Shown: in pieces, positions 55,005 through 64,000 of the stretch
Position numbering within the stretch: position 1 is the stretch's first letter
How the letters are laid out: each line of letters starts with the position of its first letter
Source: the human T2T-CHM13v2.0 reference genome, Homo sapiens
Reading direction: 5' to 3' (one strand)
DNA: 64,000 nucleotides
NCBI RefSeq assembly: GCF_009914755.1
Contig: NC_060927.1
Translations under genes and position numbers: made by a program
The notes under the pieces: generated by a model
Seen by the model: only the letters and a program-made list of their open reading frames with translations
Told to the model about the DNA's origin: nothing
Database searches by the model: none

Positions 55005-56464
55005 TAGCTGTGCTCACTGTGATAGCCTAGGACTCAGGAGGGAGGAGACGGCACAGAGTCAGAGGGGCTGGGATTTGCAAGGTGGGGATTCGCCTTGTTC
55101 TCTCAAAGTGGAATTATTTCAAAGCCCACCTGCAGTTAGCTCTCTGGGAGCCAATCTGGCCATGGGCCCCAGGGGAGTCCAAGAAAAACCAGATCACGGC
55201 TCCCAAGAGACTCTACTAACCCCACAAGCAGGATTGGCCATCCTGTGGCCTGGGTTTAGATGTCAGTTCCACCATTCTGCCCAATTCCAGGTTGTGACTC
55301 TGGATAATTCATTTAATCTCTCTGAATCTCTGAGTCCTTATCTGTGAAATGAGTATAATAACAATCCCTGGGCCACCCATCTCACGACAGGCTGGAACTT
55401 CACACACTGGAAATGCCACATAAGAATTCCACAGAGGGAGGCCACATAAGAATAGCATGGATCCCAAACAGCCAGGACCACCTAAGTCTCATTTGCTCTT
55501 CATAAGAATAATACCTAGATTTGAAAAAGGTTAAATCCAGAGAAGCCCTAGAATCATCAGACCAACTACTCTCATATAAAAAGAAGAATGTGAGAGAAAG
55601 GTTCACAGATGGGGACAGAGCTGGGGCACCAGTCTCCCCGCTTTCACAGTCCCATGCTGCCCCTCCTTCCTGCCCATGAAAGTGACAAGACCTACCCATG
55701 TAAGGATCAAATGACATAAAGGATGAAGCAGTGTTTTGTCAATTGTAATGGTGGTTGCTATCATTGTCATTAACAATAACAATCCTTCCCCTACAAACCT
55801 ATCCCAGGGACGAAAATTATCGTCATTAGCTATGTCTTCAAGGACATGGTAAAATATGACTATTTTACCAGAGCAAAGGACATGAAAACCTGAGAGCACA
55901 CAGCAGGTGAGGTCATCAGAATAGCTAGTGATAAATATTACTTGGCTGAGAATGAGATTCTGGGAATATGGGACATGAGGCAGGTGAGTTTTGATTGTCA
56001 GCAGGTGGCAGGAAAGACAGGACTTGTAAGATCTGCATGTACGAATGAAATTTCAGATGGAGACATAACAGGTTGGGGGCTTGGTCCAAACCCCAGTTGG
56101 ATAGAGGAGGAAACCCCAGGCCAGAAAGGCTAATGGGCTTCCTGGAGCCTCCCTGAAAGTTAGTGTTATTGGGCTTTCAAAGCTCATCTTTAACAGCCAG
56201 ATCCTATGGTTCAGCCTTTGGCACCTACTTCCATATGTGGACTCCTCAATGAAGAGACTAGAATGTGTCTCATTTGTTACAAGAAGATCATATGCCACAT
56301 TGCAGCTTTTAAATCAAAAGTCAGAATCTTGACTCTTGGTGAAGATCTCCAGCTTTCAAACTGTCTAGATCAGGGCACTGGTCACACTCCACTGATCTCA
56401 TTCTGTTCTGCTTCTCTTGTATCTCTCATCACTTCAGTGGCTCCTCTACTCCACCGGCTTCCAT

Positions 56465-56720
56465 CTATCGTCCATACATTCACTCAACAAATATTCACTG
56501 AGGACCTGTAGTGCCTTTAACTAGGAATACCATGAGAATTTTGTCTGAATGCCGCGTATGATAAAAACAACAACAGTAACACCTAATCCTTCAGCATTTA
56601 CCAAGTGCTTTCTCCCGCATTGCCTTGTTTGATCTTCCCAAGAGGGTCATAGGGAAGATAAGGCAGCCCTACCCTCACAGAGCTGACTATGCAGAGGAGG
56701 TTGATGGAACCTGCCAAATT
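56465..56720 (-). mobile_element. L2 3' end, interrupted by copy 2 of the duplication
   Basis: catacattcactcaacaaatattcactgaggacct...ctaggaatac[insert]aagataaggcagccctaccctcacagagctgact. Confidence 0.7.
56533..56665 (+). repeat. Copy 2 of a local ~140-bp direct duplication
   Basis: tgagaattttgtctgaatgccgcgtatgataaaaacaacaacagtaacacctaat...agggaagataaggca. Confidence 0.92.
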
Positions 56721-57954
56721 TCACTGCAACAATCACATGAGCAAAGCATTGGCTCAATCCAAAGCCCAGTGCTGAGCAAAGCCACTTGCTCTTCCTGGAA
56801 GGGCGCAAATATCCTAAATAGAAGAGAAGTACAGAATGTTGGGACTGAAAAAACCCATTGTGCATAGTACATCCAGTGTCCAACCTTCTCTCTATGAAGA
56901 CAAGGGCAGTTCAGTACTGTATTTATGAGCATGGGAGGTAGGTAGACTTCCTAGGAAAAATTCCCAGATCCATTGCTTACTATGTTACCTTGGGTAGTGA
57001 CTGAACTTCTCTTTCATACTGTCTGAGCTCTATTTTCTTCATCTGGGTCACAACAGTAATCATAGTGCCTACAGAACTGCTATGAACATTAGATAAGGCA
57101 ATATATGTCAAGTTTGAGGGCAAAGACTGGACTGGCAATTACTCAATGAAAGGTCACTGTCATTGTAGCTAAACTGAATCCAAAAAGAGATATGGCTCAT
57201 CCAATGCCACTCACCTAGTTAGAAGCAGATCCAAAGTTTGAACTCAGATGCCCCAGTACTAGTCCAGTGTTCTTTCCACTATACCTGCTACCTTCCTACC
57301 AGGAAAACTACAATGTGAACAGCCTTATCCCACTGAATGTTTAAACTAACAAGGAAATTGGAGATTGTATTACCATACAGAACCTTTCTCATTTGGACTA
57401 CTAGAAAGGTTATATTTCTTCCACTCAAGTAACCCCATTTCTACTGACTAATTATCTGCCTCACCCTCCTTGCTAAGGAAACTGAAGTTTTTGGTCCACC
57501 ACGTGGTCAACACTTGGGGCCAAGTGTTTCCTCTCATCCTTATCTTGCTGAATCACTCTACCTCTGCAGCCCAAATCTTTATAGTTACTTCCCCATCTCA
57601 GTTTTCTTTGCTTAGATTAAGCACTATTTTTACAACCCAGTTGGCTAGAGGGTTGCAAACTAATGTAGAATCTATAGTAAAGGCCTGGGGCCCTGTAATG
57701 GGTCAGAAGACTCACCCAAATCACCATCAGGGTGGTGGCAAGCCAATGCTAGGAATTAACAGATACCGGTATTTGTGTCCACCAAAGCATATTTAACAGC
57801 CCTTGATAATTGCACAGCCTAAGTCCTAACACTTACTGATTCCAATGAATGACAATGTGTTACAGATTCTAAAATGGTTCACCTTTAGAAATGAATTGAT
57901 CTAGTCTCCCTTTTTTGTAGGGATGCCAGTCTTAGAGTAGAAATGAGAACAAAG

Positions 57955-58205
57955 AGTAACAGAGCGTAAGTGTTGAGGGTTTGGATTTTGTAACCAAACT
58001 GCTTGGATTCACATCTTGGTAGGCCTCACAACCTAGTACTGTAAGGCCTAGGCCAAGTTACTTTATGTCTATGTGCCTCAATTTCCCCATCTGTAAATAG
58101 GGCAAAGGCACTTGCCTTATAGGATTATTATGAGAATTAAACGAATTCATAACTTATAAAGTGCATAGAACATGCCTGGCACATAACGAGCACTATATGT
58201 TTGTA
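57955..58205 (+). mobile_element. Near full-length MIR
   Basis: aaactgcttggattcacatc...caagttactttatgtctatgtgcctcaatttccccatctgtaaa...aaagtgcatagaacatgcctggcacataacgagcact. Confidence 0.85.
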
Positions 58206-59389
58206 AAATCAATAAAATAAGAAGGCGGGAGACTGAGTCTCAGTTACATGCCTACTCTAGGTATTCACATATTGGATTAAATAGTCCTTAGGACCCCTTT
58301 CTTTCACTGTCCTGGTGATGGCAGGCCTGGAAATGCCACTCTGTACTGCTCTCTGAGATGTCAAAGCAGCCCTTTGGAAGCACCAAGGAAGAGTACAACT
58401 ACACGTGACTAAACTCTCCTGGCTGAGTCAAAAACCACTGCAATTTTTAGTGTTTCCTTGGCCTTAGCCACATTCATTGCAGGAGGAACCTCAGGAGCTT
58501 GGAAGCAGAGCATCTGCCCACTAGCGGTCTACATGGGGCCTCTGAAATTCACAAGTGCGCCAGGAGCTCATTACTTCTTGCCCTTCTCCCTGTCTCTCTG
58601 ATTCACCTCTTGTTTGATGCCCTGAAGGTGACTAATGATTCAGAGCATCCCATCTTTGGTTCCGCCCAGGTATTCTCCTTCAGACCTTGATTCCACTTGA
58701 AAAACAAAAAGAAAACAACTCTGATTCATTTGATTCCACTTCTTTGGGGTTTTGGGAGTGGGGAGACAAGAGTGATGGAGAAAACATACAAATTGGACTG
58801 GTAAAGTGGTCTAATTCAGAGGGTGCATTGCCCTGCACCTGAAGGTGAGGAAAGACTGGCAGCCACCTTACCAGCACCTGACATCAGACATGAGTGACAG
58901 GCAAGCTCCCGAGAAACCTGTGGAACCTCACCAGCATGCAGACTGTCTTTATTTACTTTCTTTTCTACTTGCTGTGCCTTTGGTGCTGGAAGCAAGGGCA
59001 TGGACGGACAACTGCTCAGACTAAGGTTGCTTCTCTAACTCTCCTTCCTGCCTGGCACCATTAGCTCAACCCCTCATCACCTCTCAGAAGATTGGACTCC
59101 AGTTCTGAGTCCATCCCCTCGCCGTCAGTCCTCCCTGGAGTCCATTTGCACTCCAGGCTAAATTAGCATCTCAAAAGCCATCTTCTCATTATGTCACTGT
59201 CCTCCTCAAAAGCTGCCAGGCTCCTTGCAGTCTGCAGACAAAGTTGAACTTCTCACTGGTCTTCAAGTCCCACTGGCTTTAACTCCCACAGATTCCCTAC
59301 CCAATCAAAATTATGATGTACCCACTCTAATCAGTCATTCTTACCCTCCACTAAGAATATCTCACATCCATACCTCTATGGAAATCACA

Positions 59390-59600
59390 GGCTCTAATCA
59401 TTTACTCTCTGGGTGGCCTTGGAAAAGCAATTTATCACCTCTGAGCCTCAATTTCCTCATCTACAAAATGATGCTATCTAACAGGGGAGGATTTCCATGA
59501 AGAGGAACTGAGATAATATACAAGGGCATAGCACAGTACCTCAAACATAGTGAGAGAGCAACAAAAGTTAGCTTTAATCATAATCATCAAAATAATAATG
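59390..59600 (+). mobile_element. MIR within L2 fragments (~59100-59830)
   Basis: cctctgagcctcaatttcctcatctacaaaatg...agcacagtacctcaaacatagtgag. Confidence 0.75.
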
Positions 59601-61778
59601 ACATTGATAATTGTCATTGATAATTGGTCTAGCTCATGTCATCTCTTCCATGAAGCCTTCTCTGATCTTCAATCTGAGTGTGATTCCTCCTTCTTTTGAA
59701 GTCACCCTATACTTGTAGGGCCATCCCCATATGCTACAGGGTATCACAGTGACTTCCCCACTTATCCTGTCTCCTTCTTTATCTGCCTGTGGGTCATTTG
59801 CCTCATCTAAAACTGAATCCTGGCACTTGGTAAAGCTTTATTTCATGTGGATGTTTCTCTGGATTCTGCAGGCAGGGCCAGAAAATGTCAATGGTGATTG
59901 TGAACTGTTCTGGAAGAATAGGGTTTCCCTTCAGAAATAAAAGAGTACCTCACTGTGGTACCTCTCTGCCTGTGTGGACACACAACACAACCCAGCCCAG
60001 TCTGGGCCACCAGAGGAACCAGCTGGTCGAGCTTTGTGAACTTTGTCTTCATGCCCCGACACCCTACTTCCCAAAGCCTGGACCGGTAAAGTTCTTTTCA
60101 CCAGAAAGGACAAGGGCAAGTGAGTGCAAGAGAGAAAGTGGCACATTTATCACTGAGAACCTGCTTGGGAAATGGGGGAAAGGGGAAGGGAAGAGATCTT
60201 ATTTTCTAAGACTTGAGAAGGGAAAATGGAAGTGGGAGGGAAATCATCTGTGGCTTATGTTCTCTAAAGTTCAAAGGGAACTTGCTGCCCCATACATGAT
60301 GTTGATTAGGGAAAGTATCATCTAGTTACACTGAACCCCACAGATTGGTAAGCATGAACTCAGAAGGGTCCCAGCTTTCTGATTCATCTGATCCACAAGC
60401 CTTGGTCAGCAAGCACGCAGTTGCTTTTGCTTTAAGATGACCTTATTTGAAATTCCTTATGTAGCTGTCACTGCCAGCACTAAAGCCTGGTCATTTACAG
60501 TAGCTGTCCTTTCTGAATTTAAATCTGATAAAACAGGCTGCGCCTGCCCCACACCTCCTAGGGGTCTAGATCTGAAAGGAGCCCCAGGGATCATCCCATC
60601 TAGTCTAACCCTGGCCCAGAGAGGAAGGGTCACACCACCAGGCAGTGCTGAAGCCAGGCCTGCAACACACTTTCCACTACCCCAAGATGCCCCCACTGGC
60701 TGTTCAATTTAAGGACATAACCCGTGAAGAAAGGAGATTGTGAAATGCTTCCACTAGAAGCCCAAGGGTGGCTGAAAGCCCAGATGCTTCTCTCTTAACC
60801 CTCCTAACCTAGTCCCAGTTCAGCAGTTTGCTTCCCACTGTTTCATGTTAACCCTTTTTCTCCATGAGGCCAAGGCTTGTCTTCCAATGAGCAGCTCCTT
60901 ACAATAACTAAGCCGGCTTCTGCTTGTACCTTCCCAGACACCTCCACTGGCAAAACCTTTCCATTGAGCAATCTTCTTGTGAAAACTGACTCTTCTTTGC
61001 CCTTTACAATTACTCAGCAACTCTGCAAAACAGTAACCCAACTGTTTATTTTGATTTCAAGCTTGGGGTTAAAGGGCTAGCTTTGTCATTTTTTTTTTTT
61101 ATTCCCCTTGAGGAAGTTACTAGAGACCTCAGGGATTTCTTGTCTTTGACTCTTGACTACCAGCTTGACATGCCTCCATCTTCCACTAGCCCCCAGTCTG
61201 TGCCAGGTGACACAGAAGTTTCCAGGAAGGAAAGGGGATACTCCTCCAGAGGAAAGATACTTCCTAAATGGAGAGCTGGCATTCACTCAACCTTCCCTCC
61301 AACCACCCATCCCCAAGGCACCAACCTGCCCATGTTTTCAATGCATCTGCCAGGCTGCATCACTATCTCCCATGTTTGTTCTGTAGTTTCAGAGTTTACA
61401 AAGCACTCTAACCTCCCTCAATTCAGGGGATGTTCAGGACCTCCTGAAGGGTAGGCCACACAGGTTTGCATATTAGAGAGGAGATAATCATATATGTTTA
61501 TGCTTATATCTGGGACTAACCTAATCAAGGTTAGAAATTATAGTCAGCCTCTTGACTCCACGTTCAGTGTTCCTTATAATCTTTCTTCTGCCAGCTACTC
61601 CCGTTATTTTCCATCTTGCATACCCAGCTAAAAAGAGTTTTCTAGAATACCATTCTTCTTCGACTGCTCTCCCATTCACAAACTTTCAGCAACTCCTAAA
61701 TGCCCATAGGATAAAATTCCAATGACTCTGCTTGTCTTTTAAGGCCCTCCACAGTATGACTCCATAATATCTCCCTAA

Positions 61779-62178
<400 letters not shown>

Positions 62179-63539
62179 TGGACCTTATCATGTTGCTTCC
62201 CCACACCACCCCACAGATCCATCTTCAAGGTGCTTCTTCAATAATGGCACCCATTGCTAGAATATCTCTGGATGCTCCCAGCACACAGTGAGCTCTCTCT
62301 TCTTAAATTCCATAGCTTGTGTAAACCATAATACTCTCTAGGCCTAGAGAGCAAATGTGCATCAGGCAGAAGTTAAGGCTAGCCTTTACCTGTCGTCTCC
62401 CACCTCAGCTCAGAAAAGGGTCTCCCACCTCAACTCACATGCATCTGCTGGTGGTTATTTACTAAATATCAGGTTCAAAAATAGTTTAGGGTAGGGCTTG
62501 CCTTCTCATGGTTAGACAAATAAGAGAAACAGAAGAAAAAAATATTGGATCAAAGGTATAAAATTTCTATTTCATCATCAAAATACTAATTGTACCCTAC
62601 TTTATCATAGAAGGAGGAGGAAGGGTGGGAAGAAAAAGGAAGACATCTAGAGGGATGGCTCAAGTTTAGAGCAAAGGTAACTGATTCCCATCTGTGGTTC
62701 TTCAAGGCCCCGGAAAGAACACACCCAGTGCTTTGGGTTTAACAGCGATGACCTTGAGCCATTTCACTTGGAGTCTCAGATTTCTGGAAAATGTGGGTAA
62801 TTTTCTCTGCCCAGCCCATCTCACTGGATAATAGCTGTGAAAGTGCTTTGTAAGTGTAAATGCAAGAACTATGTGAGTGGTGACTAATTTCCAAAGGCCA
62901 GGCCGCCCCCAACCCCACCTTCAGAGCATTTCATCTGTTAAAATACATGAGACCATTGGGATCTGTAGAAGAGCAAACGCTCCCTTTTGCACCTATGCTG
63001 TTGACTGATGACCTTCTGGTGCTGGAAATGTCTTGTGATTCTTGGACTATTATTAGGGATGGTTAAACTGGTGGAGGGAGGCTAAAAACGGCCAGCACAG
63101 CCATCACTAACCTTTTGGTTTCCCATTTCAGGAACCAGTTTCAAAATAAAATCTTTTTTTTTCTTTTTTTTTTTAATGAGAACACATTTCTGTAGTTCTT
63201 CACAACACACTGAAAGAAAAGAGAATTTCACTTTGCAAGACTGGGGAGATTGTCTTTCCTGAGTTTGCTCAGCCCCAGCCGTTAACCCTAGAACATTTGT
63301 TCCAAACTGGAACCTGAGCCTTGAAGTTCAGCCAAGTTGGGTGGACTTCCTGGTGCCTCCACTGCTGGCCTGTCTGAGCCCTGCCCTGGGACAAATGTAC
63401 AGGACTCTAAATGGAGCAGAATCTCAGGGAACAGTAAAAGGGCTGGGGAGGGCAGAGTTTGGGGTTGAGGGACTCTGGGCTTCTTGCTCTCAAGTCCATA
63501 TCTGCCTCTGAGTTACCCATGGGAATTTATTCCTCTCAT

Positions 63540-64000
63540 ATTTTCTTTCTTTATTTGTTATTTAATTCACCAAAATTATATATATGTATGGTGTACAAGA
63601 TGATGTTTTGATATATATCTATACTATGGAATGGCTAAATCAAGCTAATTAGCATATGTAGCGCCTTATTTTTTTGTGGCAAGAACACTTAAAATCTACT
63701 CTGTTAGCAGTTTTCAAAGAGTTAATACATGCTGGGCTTCATACCTACATGAGGAGTTGATAGGTGCAGCAAACCACCATGGCACACATTTACTTATGTA
63801 ACAAACCTGCGCATCCTGCACATGTGCCCTGGAACTTAAACAAAAAGCCCAACAAAATAATTAAATATATATATATATATTTATATCAATATAAAATATA
63901 TTGATGTTAACTATAGTCACCGTGATGGGCAATGAATCTCTTGAATTTATTAAAATGTGTCCTTTGACCAACATCTCCCCAGTCCCACCACCTGGCAGCC
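63540..64000 (-). mobile_element. L1MA-type 3' end, cut by the right window edge and interrupted by a younger L1
   Basis: atggtgtacaagatgatgttttgatatat...ggaatggctaaatcaagctaatt...aagaacacttaaaatctactct...ttaactatagtcacc...cctttgaccaacatctcccc. Confidence 0.85.
63724..63900 (+). mobile_element. Short L1PA (about PA8-16) 3' end with an A/AT-rich tail
   Basis: gctgggcttcatacct...gataggtgcagcaaaccaccatggcaca...aacctgcgcatcctgcacatgtgccctggaacttaaa. Confidence 0.85.

Overview
This is non-coding genomic DNA from human or a great ape, judged by an L1PA2-type 3' UTR and Alu J/S/Y subfamilies. It is intergenic or deep intronic, and I cannot name the locus from sequence alone. The only protein-like ORF is the frameshifted 3' end of LINE-1 ORF2 (1-1516). 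The other ORFs in the track are short chance frames or Alu/L2/microsatellite translations. Much of the window is interspersed repeat: one young L1, older L1 3' fragments, eight dimeric Alus, a FLAM and a FAM monomer, four LTRs, hAT fossils, and many MIR, L2 and CR1/L3 relics. Subfamily calls come from remembered consensus sequences, and boundaries of the old elements are approximate. I found no intact gene, RNA gene or new protein-coding system. The most noteworthy items are: a ~140-bp local segment copied into an L2 2.4 kb away; candidate enhancer/promoter motif clusters (five AP-1 sites at 7-8.4 kb, an AICE at 24.7 kb, an EICE plus TATA at 41.5 kb); a composite L1 tail; a tailless Alu that keeps its TSDs; and a long fragmented CR1 relic.
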